From positions 1 through 52,461 of the forward strand of contig JAQBGU010000065.1 in NCBI GenBank assembly GCA_032128375.1: a stretch of DNA of 52,461 bases. The letters are read 5' to 3'. Both the position numbers and the translations under genes were made by a program. Shown piece by piece: positions 1 to 9,558 of this stretch (positions are counted from its first letter, which is position 1; every line of letters begins with the position of its first letter). This DNA comes from Deltaproteobacteria bacterium (GTDB lineage Bacteria > Myxococcota_A > UBA9160 > SMWR01). Under the pieces are notes generated by a model. The model did no database searches. It saw only the letters and a list, made by a program, of their open reading frames with translations, and was not told the origin of the DNA.

Positions 1-310
1 CCCGCCAAGTTTCGGTACCCATGATTGAAGCCGACAGAACGCTCTTCTCCGTCGGACAACGCGACGGTGATCCCTTTGTCAGCATGTACCAGAACTTTCC
101 GGATGTGCCACTAGCGGCTCGTGCTCGGAGGCGTGGCCTCGATCCAGGCCACCCAACGCCATGCGCTGTAGCGGATCTTCCAGGGCCATCGCACCGGTGT
201 GTGCCCGATCCAGCACAGCAACCCACGCGTCCGCTCGCACGTGAACCGAACCCTCCCCAAGTATCTGGTAATTTGACCGATCGGTGAATTTCCAGCTGGC
301 CGTGTGTCCG

Positions 311-631
311 ATGAGCGTGAGAACTTTCAAATGGACCGTACCGGAGCCCGACCACACCCACTTCAAACGAGATACAGCAGCTTTCGAATATTGGGATCGC
401 GTCCGACACCGCGGCTTCGAGTGGTTCGTGGTGAGCCAGGGCGCGCTGTTCACGGTCGTACTGCCAGCGGCGCTCATCGGCTACCTCGACTTCACCGCGC
501 GCACGGAAATGTTCGTGCTCAGTTGGCTCGCGGGTCTGATGGCGGGTGCAATCGTGTGGTCACAGCACGAAAGAAGCTACGAACGCGGTCTCGAATCAGG
601 GTTGCAGAGTCGATTCGAATCGGACGACTGA
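311..631 (+). CDS. Small hypothetical membrane protein (2 TM)
   Basis: ORF from ATG 311; two hydrophobic segments (FVVSQGALFTVVLPAALIGYL, MFVLSWLAGLMAGAIVW); converges on the acyl-CoA synthetase. Confidence 0.6.
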   Translation: MSVRTFKWTVPEPDHTHFKRDTAAFEYWDRVRHRGFEWFVVSQGALFTVVLPAALIGYLDFTARTEMFVLSWLAGLMAGAIVWSQHERSYERGLESGLQSRFESDD

Positions 632-651
632 TCAGCCGCCTCTCGTCGATA

Positions 652-2295
652 TCAGACGTCCCCTTCGCCCGCCTGCTCCTTCGCCCAGCGGTAGTCGGCC
701 TTTCCGCTCGGACTGCGCTGGATGTGATCGCGGAAGACGAATTGCTTGGGCAGCTTGTAGCGAGCGATGTGCTTTCCTGCCTCGGCGAGTAGCGCGGCAG
801 TGTCGGCGGTCGCAGCGTCTCGCAACTGCACGATTGCGACGACCTCCTGGCCCCAGCGCTCACTCGTCCGACCCGTCACGACGGTGTCGTAGACGTCGGG
901 GTGTTGCTTCAGCGCGCCTTCGACCTCTTCGGCGAAGATCTTCTCACCGCCGGAATTGATCGTGACCGAGTCGCGGCCCAACACCTCGATGCTGCCGTTT
1001 GCGAGGTGACGCGCGCGGTCGCCGGGAACCGAATAGCGGGTTCCATCGATGACCGGAAACGTGCGGGCTGTTTTTTCTGCATCACCGAAGTAACCCAGCG
1101 GCACGCGACCCACCTGCGCGAACCAGCCGAGTTCATCGTCACCCGCTTGCAGTGCACGGGTGAGGTCTTCAGAAACGACACAGGCCCCGGGCCCGGGCTT
1201 GAAATCGCCGGTCGTCACCCCGCTGTCCTTCGTCGAGGGATTGCTGGCCTGGGCGCCCGTTTCCGACGAGCCGATCGCATCCATGATCGTCGCATGGGGG
1301 AGCTTTTCGAGCAAGCGCCTCTTGTTTGCCGTGGAGAGCGGCGCCCCGCCCGAGCCGACCACGCGCAGGCTCGACAGGTCGTAGTCCTTGCGATCGAGTT
1401 GATCGAGGATCGGCCGTGCGAAGGCGTCGCCGACGATCGAAAACGAGATGCACTTCTCGCGCTGCGCCGTGGTCAGGAAATCGTCCGGGTCGAGTCGGTC
1501 GACGATGCTGGGCAGCACCAGCGTGGCTCCCATGTTCATCATCATGAAGCTCGCCCATTGCGCGGCACCGTGCATCAGCGGTGGGCCGATCAGCGTGCGG
1601 ACGGCGCCACCGAGTGCGGTGTTGGCCGCAATGGCTGCGAGGTCTGGGAACTCGCTGCCATCCATGCGTCGGCCGCCCATCGCAGCGACGAAGATATCCG
1701 CGGAGCGCCACAGCACCCCCTTCGGCATGCCGGTGGTTCCACCCGTGTACAGAATGTACAGGTCGTCGGGCGACGGCTCGACGGGCGGCATGTCGCTCGA
1801 CTGCGCGGCCAGCATCGTCTCGTAGTCGACCGCACCCGGTAGCAGGTCGTTGCCCGATTCGTCTGCCACCTGGATCAACACATCGAGGCCCGTGAGCTTG
1901 CTGCGAATCGAGGCCACGTTCGGTGCGAATGCAGCGTGATACATCAGTGCACGCGACTTCGAGTTTTCGAACAGGTAGAGCAGTTCCTCCTCGACGTAGC
2001 GGTAATTGACGTTCAGCGGGGCAACGCGCGCCTTGAAGGCACCGAGCATGGCTTCGATGTATTCGTTGCCGTTGAGGCAATAGATTGCCAGATGCTCCTG
2101 CCCCGATTCGTGACCGGCCAATTCGGACCGTTCGCGTCGCACCGTCAGCCCGCTCTCGACCAGGTAGTTGGCGAGCCGACGACTGCGGTCTGCCGCTTGC
2201 GCATAGGTGATCTTGCGGTCTCGGAAGACGATCGCTTCGCGATCGGGGACGGCAGCTGCGATGGTTTCGTGAAAGTCGGAAAAATTGAATTCCAT
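652..2295 (-). CDS. Acyl-CoA synthetase (AMP-binding; resembles FadD19-like group)
   Basis: YTGGTTGMPKG AMP-binding motif, GGEKIFAEEVE, C-terminal RSPSGKADY. Confidence 0.92.
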   Translation of the reverse strand: MEFNFSDFHETIAAAVPDREAIVFRDRKITYAQAADRSRRLANYLVESGLTVRRERSELAGHESGQEHLAIYCLNGNEYIEAMLGAFKARVAPLNVNYRYVEEELLYLFENSKSRALMYHAAFAPNVASIRSKLTGLDVLIQVADESGNDLLPGAVDYETMLAAQSSDMPPVEPSPDDLYILYTGGTTGMPKGVLWRSADIFVAAMGGRRMDGSEFPDLAAIAANTALGGAVRTLIGPPLMHGAAQWASFMMMNMGATLVLPSIVDRLDPDDFLTTAQREKCISFSIVGDAFARPILDQLDRKDYDLSSLRVVGSGGAPLSTANKRRLLEKLPHATIMDAIGSSETGAQASNPSTKDSGVTTGDFKPGPGACVVSEDLTRALQAGDDELGWFAQVGRVPLGYFGDAEKTARTFPVIDGTRYSVPGDRARHLANGSIEVLGRDSVTINSGGEKIFAEEVEGALKQHPDVYDTVVTGRTSERWGQEVVAIVQLRDAATADTAALLAEAGKHIARYKLPKQFVFRDHIQRSPSGKADYRWAKEQAGEGDV

Positions 2296-2559
2296 GGGGC
2301 GAATCCTTTGGGCTTGATGGAATTAGCGGAGGGAGCTTGAATGGACTTGGCGAAACGAGCTTGGTGAAATGGACTTGGTGAGACGCCGGATGTAGCCGGT
2401 GCGCTCGAAGCCGGTACCCGCGGCGAGTTGCGCAGCGTAACATAGGGCACTCCCGTTCCAGGCCATCGCCGATGCGGCCGGCGACGGGCGACAAGCATTC
2501 GCGCGCTGCCGTCATCCGAGCGGGTCTCGCGCGATCGCCACTGGCCACAGGAGACGGAA

Positions 2560-3327
2560 ATGGGTCATGCGGTAGTGACCGGTTCGGGTTCGGGTATCGG
2601 CGCGGCCATTCGTCTGCGGCTCGAGAGCGAGGGCTTCGAGGTTATCGGGGTCGATTTGAAGGGCGCCGGGATCTTCGCCGACCTCTCGGGACGCGAAGGT
2701 CGTGCTGCTGCCGTTCGCGAGGTACTCGAGCGCTGCGATGGCAGGCTCGATCGCCTGGTGACGTGCGCGGGCCTGGGCTCCAACGTTCGTCCCGCTTCGC
2801 TGGTCGCATCGGTCAACTACTTCGGGGCAGTCGAGGTGCTCGACGGGTTGCTTCCCGCACTCCGGCGAGGACAAAACCCGGCGGCAGTCGCGATCGTCTC
2901 CAATTCAGCCCAGATGGCTCCGCTGGATGACTCCCCGTTTGTCGCGGCGATGCTCGCTGCCGACGAGCCGGAAGCCTGTCGAATCATCGACGAGATGGAT
3001 AGCCCGATCGTCGCCTACCTCGGGTCCAAGCACGCGCTGGGGCGCGCCGTGCGCCGCCGCGTTCGGGTCTGGGGTGACGCCCGGGTGCGACTCAACGGCG
3101 TGGCGCCCGGCCCTGTGATGACGCCTCTGCTCGAGGGAACCATGGCCGACCCGGCGACCCGCAAACAGATCGAGAACATCGATATTCCGATCGGCCGCTT
3201 CGGCGAGCCAGAAGACGTCGCCGCGTTCGTGTCGTTCCTGCTCGGCCCCGAGGCAACCTGGATGCACGGCTCCGTGTTGTTTCTCGATGGCGGAAACGAT
3301 GCCGAGATTCGGCCGGACCGCTACTAG
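2560..3327 (+). CDS. SDR oxidoreductase, 3-alpha-hydroxysteroid dehydrogenase/carbonyl reductase-like
   Basis: TGSGSGIG Rossmann motif, SVNYFG, YLGSK catalytic motif, C-terminal DGGxDAxxRPD; RBS AGGAG. Confidence 0.85.
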   Translation: MGHAVVTGSGSGIGAAIRLRLESEGFEVIGVDLKGAGIFADLSGREGRAAAVREVLERCDGRLDRLVTCAGLGSNVRPASLVASVNYFGAVEVLDGLLPALRRGQNPAAVAIVSNSAQMAPLDDSPFVAAMLAADEPEACRIIDEMDSPIVAYLGSKHALGRAVRRRVRVWGDARVRLNGVAPGPVMTPLLEGTMADPATRKQIENIDIPIGRFGEPEDVAAFVSFLLGPEATWMHGSVLFLDGGNDAEIRPDRY

Positions 3328-3443
3328 CCGCGCGTTCGCTACGACGGTACCACGAAGGGTCATTCCGGGAAGAACCTCGAAGAGATTCGCCCTATATTCC
3401 AAAATTGCCCGGCGCGTAGCGCTGGTTCAGCGGAGGGTCTCCA

Positions 3444-5114
3444 TTGTCCGACAAGACATCCGATTTCGTCTACCAGCCGATCTTCGAGCACGGCGAAGAC
3501 GACCACACCGAATACCGAAAACTCGACGCCGCCTCCGAGCATGTGTCGGTCGAACAATTCGATGGCCGCACGATTCTGAAGGTGGGACGCGACGCGCTGC
3601 GACTGCTGGCCGCCGAAGCCTTCGACGATATCTCTCACCTGCTGCGCTCGAGCCATCTCGCTCAATTGCGAAAAATTCTCGACGACCCGGAAGCATCGGC
3701 CAATGATCGATTCGTTGCATTCGAGTTACTGACCAACGCAAACATTGCGGCGGGCCGCGTGCTGCCGAGCTGCCAGGACACCGGCACTGCCATTGTCGTA
3801 GCCCACAAGGGTGAGGGAGTCTTCACCGGTATCGACGATGCCCGGGAGTTGTCGCACGGGATCTACGAGACCTTCGACGAGAAGAATCTGCGCTTTTCGC
3901 AGATGGCGCCACTCGACATGTACAAAGAGAAAAACACAGGCGACAACCTGCCGGCGCAAATCGATATCTACGCGGTGCCCGGCAACGGATACGAATTTCT
4001 GTTCATCGCCAAGGGAGGAGGATCGGCCAACAAGACCTTCCTGTACCAGAAAACCAAGGCGCTATTGAATCCGGAGTCACTGCTGAAGTTCGTTTCAGAG
4101 AAAATTCTCACGCTGGGAACATCCGCGTGTCCCCCCTATCACCTGGCGTTGGTGGTTGGCGGGACTTCGGCCGAGTCGACGCTGAAGACCGTCAAGCTCG
4201 CGAGTACACACTATTACGATCATCTTCCGACGAGCGGCAACGCACATGGCCGGGCGTTTCGCGATGTGGCGCTCGAAGAGGAAGTCCAACGGTTGTGCAA
4301 CGAGACGGGTATTGGCGCGCAGTTCGGCGGCAAATACTTCGCGCACGATGTGCGGGTGATTCGTCTGCCTCGACACGGAGCCTCTTGTCCGGTGGGACTC
4401 GGTGTGTCGTGCTCGGCGGATCGACAGGTGCTCGCCAAAATCAACGCCGACGGCGTCTTTCTCGAGCAACTCGAGGAGAACCCGGCGCAGTTTCTCCCCG
4501 ACGTCGTCGATGACGCGCTATCGGGAGAAGTGGTCGAGATCGATCTGCGCCGCCCGATGTCGGAGATCCTCGAGGAGCTTCGGCGCTACCCGGTCGCGAC
4601 GCGGCTTTCGCTGAGTGGCCCGATGGTGGTCGCGCGCGACATCGCGCACGCCAAACTCAAAGAGCTTCTCGACGCGGGCGAGGATTTGCCGCAGTACTTC
4701 AAGGACCACATGGTGTACTACGCGGGCCCCGCGAAGACACCCAAGGGGCGCGCGTCGGGGTCGTTCGGGCCGACGACCGCCGGCCGCATGGATTCCTACG
4801 TGGACCTGTTCCAGAGCCACGGGGGCAGCATGGTGATGCTCGCCAAGGGCAACCGCTCGCTGGCGGTACGCGATGCCTGCCAGAGGTATGGGGGCTTCTA
4901 TCTCGGATCCATCGGGGGGCCGGCGGCACGGCTAGCCGACCACAGTATCAAGAAGGTCAGCGTGCAGGAGTACGAGGAATTCGGCATGGAGGCGATCTGG
5001 CGCATCGAGGTCGAGGATTTTCCCGCCTTCATCGTGATCGACGACAAGGGCAACGACTTCTACGGCGACCTGATGAAAGTCCGCCCGACTCCCACCCTTC
5101 AAATCAAGAGCTGA
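3444..5114 (+). CDS. fumA: Class I (Fe-S) fumarate hydratase
   Basis: [45 protein letters not shown] motifs; TTG start. Confidence 0.93.
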   Translation: MSDKTSDFVYQPIFEHGEDDHTEYRKLDAASEHVSVEQFDGRTILKVGRDALRLLAAEAFDDISHLLRSSHLAQLRKILDDPEASANDRFVAFELLTNANIAAGRVLPSCQDTGTAIVVAHKGEGVFTGIDDARELSHGIYETFDEKNLRFSQMAPLDMYKEKNTGDNLPAQIDIYAVPGNGYEFLFIAKGGGSANKTFLYQKTKALLNPESLLKFVSEKILTLGTSACPPYHLALVVGGTSAESTLKTVKLASTHYYDHLPTSGNAHGRAFRDVALEEEVQRLCNETGIGAQFGGKYFAHDVRVIRLPRHGASCPVGLGVSCSADRQVLAKINADGVFLEQLEENPAQFLPDVVDDALSGEVVEIDLRRPMSEILEELRRYPVATRLSLSGPMVVARDIAHAKLKELLDAGEDLPQYFKDHMVYYAGPAKTPKGRASGSFGPTTAGRMDSYVDLFQSHGGSMVMLAKGNRSLAVRDACQRYGGFYLGSIGGPAARLADHSIKKVSVQEYEEFGMEAIWRIEVEDFPAFIVIDDKGNDFYGDLMKVRPTPTLQIKS

Positions 5115-5129
5115 TTCCAACAGAACCCG

Positions 5130-5231
5130 ACTGCAACAACTGCAACAACTACAACAACCACAGCAACTACAACTACAGCAACTACAACAACCGCCACAAC
5201 AACAGCAACCACAACGACCACAACGAACAAC
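5130..5231. repeat. Imperfect trinucleotide (RCN; CAA/ACA-rich) tract
   Basis: actgcaacaactgcaacaactacaacaacc... about 32 consecutive ACN/GCN triplets. Confidence 0.95.
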
Positions 5232-5246
5232 CGCGCGGGAGAGGCC

Positions 5247-6680
5247 ATGGCGAGCGGAGTGCGCGACCCCAGCGAAATTTCGCGCTGGCATGACGAGGTC
5301 GATGTGCTGGTGATCGGGCTCGGCGCCGCGGGCGCAGCCGCGGCGCTCGAAGCGTCTGCAAATGGTGCGAACACACTCGTGCTGGAGCGCGCCGGCGGTG
5401 GCGGCGGTACATCGGCGATGAGCGGTGGCGTTCTCTACCTCGGTGGCGGAACCGCGCTCCAGAAGGCGTGCGGTTTCGAAGACACCCCCGAAGCGATGTT
5501 CGACTATTTGATGGCGTCGTGCGGCGATGCCCCCGATGAAGCCAAGACCCGGCTGTATTGCGAGGGTTCGGTCGACCACTTCGATTGGGTGGTTGCGCAA
5601 GGTGTCCCGTTCGAGCCGGTCTTCTACTATGGCTGCAGCGGCGAGCCGCCGACCACCGACGGCCTGGTGTGGTCGGGCTCCGAGCGTGCCCATCCATTTC
5701 GAGACCTCGCGCGGCCCGCCCCGCGCGGTCACGTGCCTGCGATGCTCAACCAGGCGGGCCCGCTTCTGATGCAGAAGCTCGTCGAAGCGGTCGAACGCAG
5801 CGAAGCGCAGATCGAAACCAACCACCGGTGTGTGTCGCTCGTGCAGCAGCCGGACGGAAGCATTGTTGGAGCGGTCGCGAAGTCGTTCGACGGCGAGCGT
5901 TGCATTCGCGCGCGCAGCGGTGTCGTGCTGACGACCGGCGGATTCATCAATGACGACGCGCTCATCGATGCCAACCAACCCCGGGTGCGTCGCTGCAAGT
6001 TCCGCGTCGGTGCGGAGGGCGACGATGGATCGGGAATCCGGCTCGGGATGGCGGCGGGCGCCGAGACGATTCACATGAATGCCGCATCGATCTCGCTGCC
6101 GGTCACGCAACCGTGGGGGCTCAAGCGCGGTGTTCTCGTCAACGGCCACGGTCAGCGCTTCATCAACGAGGACGCCTACTACGGGCGGTTGGGTGAGTTC
6201 GCGCTGTTCCATGCAGACGGTCACGCTTGGCTCGTGGTCGACGATGAAATCTTCGAGAAGCCGGAATACCCGCGCGAACTCGCCGCGGTCGGAGATACAC
6301 CAGCCGAACTCGAGGCCGAGCTGGGTCTGCCAACCGGCAGTCTCGAAAGCACGCTCGCGCTCTACAACCGCCACGCCGAAACCGGCAGCGATCCGGTATT
6401 CCACAAGGCCGAAGAGTACGTGCAGCCGTTGACTCGGGCGCCCTTCGGCGCCATCGATTGCACCGCCGAATCGTCGCTGTACGCGGCATTCACACTGGGG
6501 GGTCTGCGAACCGATCCCGATGGCCGAGTCCTGGATCCGGAAGGAGACCCGATCCCGGGTCTGTTCGCCGCGGGCCGCGCGTCTTCGGGTCTGGCGGTTG
6601 GTGGATACAGCAGCGGCCTGTCGCTCGGCGACGGAACCTTCTTCGGTCGCCGAGCGGGTCGCTACGCGGCAAAAGTTTGA
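5247..6680 (+). CDS. FAD-dependent oxidoreductase (FAD_binding_2; 3-ketosteroid dehydrogenase/flavocytochrome-like)
   Basis: GLGAAG dinucleotide motif, GGTSAMSGG, LTTGGF, FTLGGL, GLFAAG, YSSGLSLG; RBS GGGAGAGG. Confidence 0.88.
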   Translation: MASGVRDPSEISRWHDEVDVLVIGLGAAGAAAALEASANGANTLVLERAGGGGGTSAMSGGVLYLGGGTALQKACGFEDTPEAMFDYLMASCGDAPDEAKTRLYCEGSVDHFDWVVAQGVPFEPVFYYGCSGEPPTTDGLVWSGSERAHPFRDLARPAPRGHVPAMLNQAGPLLMQKLVEAVERSEAQIETNHRCVSLVQQPDGSIVGAVAKSFDGERCIRARSGVVLTTGGFINDDALIDANQPRVRRCKFRVGAEGDDGSGIRLGMAAGAETIHMNAASISLPVTQPWGLKRGVLVNGHGQRFINEDAYYGRLGEFALFHADGHAWLVVDDEIFEKPEYPRELAAVGDTPAELEAELGLPTGSLESTLALYNRHAETGSDPVFHKAEEYVQPLTRAPFGAIDCTAESSLYAAFTLGGLRTDPDGRVLDPEGDPIPGLFAAGRASSGLAVGGYSSGLSLGDGTFFGRRAGRYAAKV

Positions 6681-6797
6681 AATCCAACGGCGCCGATCTG
6701 TCTATCCGACTCGTTCGCCAATGACCCAAGACGCGCCTCGCGCCGGATCGAGACGGCCCTGTAGTCGAACGGGCAACCGCGCCATCGACGCATCGCC

Positions 6798-6840
6798 AGA
6801 GCCGGCTACGCGACTGCGCAACCGGCTCTCGCCGTTTTTC
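6798..6840. terminator. Probable hairpin terminator between convergent genes
   Basis: agagccgg...ccggctct inverted repeat followed by gccgttttt. Confidence 0.4.
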
Positions 6841-6842
6841 CG

Positions 6843-7061
6843 CTACTTGGTGATGCTGCAGTTCAGCGCGCTGCCGTTCGTGTAGCAGACGTCGCCGTTG
6901 GCCAGCTGCGTGCGGTACAGCTTGAAGCTCTCGGAATAGCCGTCGGCCACCTGGGTCCAGCCGGCGAGCTTGGCGTCCTCGGCTCGAGTCGGGCCCGCAA
7001 TGGCCAGCATGGCCGCCAGGCCGAGTGCAGCTCCGGCGAGTACCAGCGTGATGGTCTTCAT
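6843..7061 (-). CDS. Small secreted protein (72 aa)
   Basis: Signal peptide MKTITLVLAGAALGLAAMLAIAGPTRA, two C-terminal Cys, purine-rich RBS. Confidence 0.65.
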   Translation of the reverse strand: MKTITLVLAGAALGLAAMLAIAGPTRAEDAKLAGWTQVADGYSESFKLYRTQLANGDVCYTNGSALNCSITK

Positions 7062-7288
7062 CTCTTCTCCCTTCCTGGGTAGGTGATTGCGATTCGATCA
7101 TAGACTACCGCCCAATACCCCGGCCCGCGTGCGTGGGCGACCATCCATCCGAGTCTCGGTGTACCGACTCCCTGGGGATAGCGAGGATAGCGCTACTTCT
7201 CCGGCAAGCTCCGCACCTGGCTACGCGACAAGCAGTCGTGTCGAGCGCAGGATTCGGCCTCGAAAACGGGCTGGCGACGCCCGAGCAG

Positions 7289-7804
7289 CTACTTCCTGCC
7301 GCCGGTCACAGCCTCGTACACATCTTCGAGACTGATCACCTCATTGGGCACCGGTGGCATCACGGATACGCTCGAGCCGTCGAAACGCAGCTCGTGGACC
7401 TGCTCTTGCTGGATGTGCAAACGCGTGTTCGACTCGACCGCGATTTTCTCCTCGTCTTCGACCCGGCAACCCGTGTAACTGAGCGCAACGTGGGAATCTC
7501 CCACGGGCGCCGGGAAGCGGAAGCCGGTGTCCACGACGTAGGGGGCAGTGTCTCCATCGGGGTAGGCGGAGTCGCGCAGCAGTGGCTCACTATTGATGGA
7601 CACGTGGACGCTGCAGCTTTCAGGTTTCTCCCAAACTTTCTCGTCGCCTCGCTGCAGCATGTCGGGGACCTGCGAGTCGAAAATCGTCAATTCCAGCCAG
7701 CCATGCGGGTGGGCCAGGATGTAGGCGCGCCGGTCGACCGACGCCCCCGCACAGGCGGTCGACGGGATGAAGAGGACGGCAAGAGCGAATAGTTTGAACT
7801 TCAC
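7289..7804 (-). CDS. Hypothetical lipoprotein
   Basis: GTG start, KFKLFALAVLFIPSTAC lipobox-like signal, globular beta-rich remainder. Confidence 0.6.
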   Translation of the reverse strand: MKFKLFALAVLFIPSTACAGASVDRRAYILAHPHGWLELTIFDSQVPDMLQRGDEKVWEKPESCSVHVSINSEPLLRDSAYPDGDTAPYVVDTGFRFPAPVGDSHVALSYTGCRVEDEEKIAVESNTRLHIQQEQVHELRFDGSSVSVMPPVPNEVISLEDVYEAVTGGRK

Positions 7805-7897
7805 GAGATTCTCCAGTGGATTCTGTTCAGGGATGCACAATCGCAGGATGGCGGGAAGTGGCTCGTTGCCGGCACCGGAGCTGCGGATGCGAGCGTC

Positions 7898-9109
7898 TCA
7901 AACATCCCCTGAAACGACCTCGAGCGGAGACATTCCCAGCACCTCGCGGTAGGTATTGTGGTAGTGGTGGAGCGCCGGTTCGTTGCGCCCGAAGATCATG
8001 TACTCCTGTGCGCCCGAGAGTGCTCCGCGGTGTCCGCTCGCGGCCGCCACGTAATCCTCGGCCTCGATGACGCTCGCGAAGTTCTGCAATCGCGTACCGA
8101 GCATCTCGGCGACGCTCATCTCCATGCGTTTCGCGAGCGTCTCGGCGAACTCACTCTCGAGAACCTCGGGAAACATGTAGAAGCCGATCTCCGAGAAGCT
8201 CTGATGTGGGTTTGGCCCGTCCGCGTACACGCGGACCAACGTCGGTCCAGCCGCGCCGATGATGAGCTGCACATTGGGAAAGAGGTAGTAGACGGGGAGT
8301 GCTCCGTGCAGCACGTTCCACTCGTCTTGTGGCTTCCTTCGCAAGGCGTCGATCGCTTTCATGCACAACATCATCCGGTGGTTGCGCCCGTATGTATCGT
8401 ACATCTGCACGTTGCCGTAGAAGTCGTTTGCGAGCGTGTCCCGATGCAGGGTGTCGAAGTGGTAAGTCTCGCCGAAGGTGTCGATGGCGAGCTTCCAGTT
8501 CATCGCGTGGTCGAAACGGGTGCTGTCGTGCCGGATACACCGCGCGAGGTCAAACGAGGCCAGCTCCGGTCCGAGGTCGCCGAGCAATGTGTCCACATCG
8601 AGCGCAGCGTCCGGTTCGGGCGACACCCACAGCAGGCCATGCCGCTCGACGGCCGGTAGCGCGACCAGCGAGTGGCACTCGCGATCGACTTTGCCGAAAT
8701 GCCCCTCTTTGGGCACACCAACCAGCGCACCCTCGTGGTTGTACGTCCAGGCGTGAAAGGGACACTGGAACATGTTCTTCTGGCCGCGTGGCTTGTCCTC
8801 GACGATCGTGCCGCGATGTCGGCAGACGTTCAGGAAAGCGCGGAACACGCCATCCGCGGCCCGCGTACACAGGATCGGCTTACCGATATCATTCGACGTA
8901 AAGAACGAACGTGGCTCCGGCAGGTCTGCCGACAAGCCCAGCACCTGGGGGTAACCCTGAAAGAAGCTCTCCCACTCGCGCGCGGCGATGTCCCCGCAGG
9001 TGTAACTCGACACGGGATTTCGCAGCTGCCGGCCGGCGTCCACGTTCGTATCGTTATCGAGGTGTTTCATCAGGCCCTCGATCACTCGAATCTGCTCGTC
9101 ACGTCGCAT
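7898..9109 (-). CDS. Rieske non-heme iron oxygenase alpha subunit
   Basis: CRH...CPFH Rieske motif; NWKLAIDTFGETYH..LH and ED mononuclear Fe ligands; RBS GGAGG. Confidence 0.92.
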   Translation of the reverse strand: MRRDEQIRVIEGLMKHLDNDTNVDAGRQLRNPVSSYTCGDIAAREWESFFQGYPQVLGLSADLPEPRSFFTSNDIGKPILCTRAADGVFRAFLNVCRHRGTIVEDKPRGQKNMFQCPFHAWTYNHEGALVGVPKEGHFGKVDRECHSLVALPAVERHGLLWVSPEPDAALDVDTLLGDLGPELASFDLARCIRHDSTRFDHAMNWKLAIDTFGETYHFDTLHRDTLANDFYGNVQMYDTYGRNHRMMLCMKAIDALRRKPQDEWNVLHGALPVYYLFPNVQLIIGAAGPTLVRVYADGPNPHQSFSEIGFYMFPEVLESEFAETLAKRMEMSVAEMLGTRLQNFASVIEAEDYVAAASGHRGALSGAQEYMIFGRNEPALHHYHNTYREVLGMSPLEVVSGDV

Positions 9110-9558
9110 GTTCGTTCCTCCGGTTTCGCATCACGTCATTCTAACCGCCCAATCGATCCGCTCGCTGGGTTGCGCCCATTGCGCGGTAGAGTTCCCGGGC
9201 CTGTTCGAGGTGGCGTTCGCGTCTCCCAGCGCACACAGCAGCTCCGTTTAGAAAAGGGCGTTCAGCACCAGGCCTTCTGCATAGCCCTCAGCGGTCGCAA
9301 TTCGGCGGTTCTCCGCGAGCAGCTTTCCGGCCCTTTCCAGGTTCCCGATCAACATCTGCTGCCACCCCAACTGTCCCGTGTAGATCTGAAAGCTGCTGAA
9401 TTTTCGAACCCGCAACTCGCGCAGCCCGAAGCGATCGGCGCACCGCACTCGCCGCAAAATCTCATTCCAGCCGGGTTGTCGAAGCCGCACGCCGCGCAAT
9501 TCAACGTTCGAACCTCCAAGGCCAGCTGGCCGAGGCTCGAAGGGTAACCCAGCCGCCG

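Noticed and set aside
2331..2385. Degenerate direct repeats (gagcttg / atggacttgg) in the divergent promoter
   Set aside because: Short and irregular; a regulatory role cannot be supported.
5112..5160. Selenocysteine recoding of the fumarase TGA
   Set aside because: Downstream RNA is C/A-rich and cannot form a SECIS hairpin, and the fumarase appears complete at this point.
4932..6404. 490-aa minus-strand ORF with a poly-Cys tract
   Set aside because: Antisense shadow of the flavoprotein gene; the Cys run is just the trinucleotide repeat read in another frame.
9200..9556. TPR-like helical peptide on the minus strand (LGWQQMLIGNLERAGKLL)
   Set aside because: No credible start or family motif; possibly a relic but unsupported.
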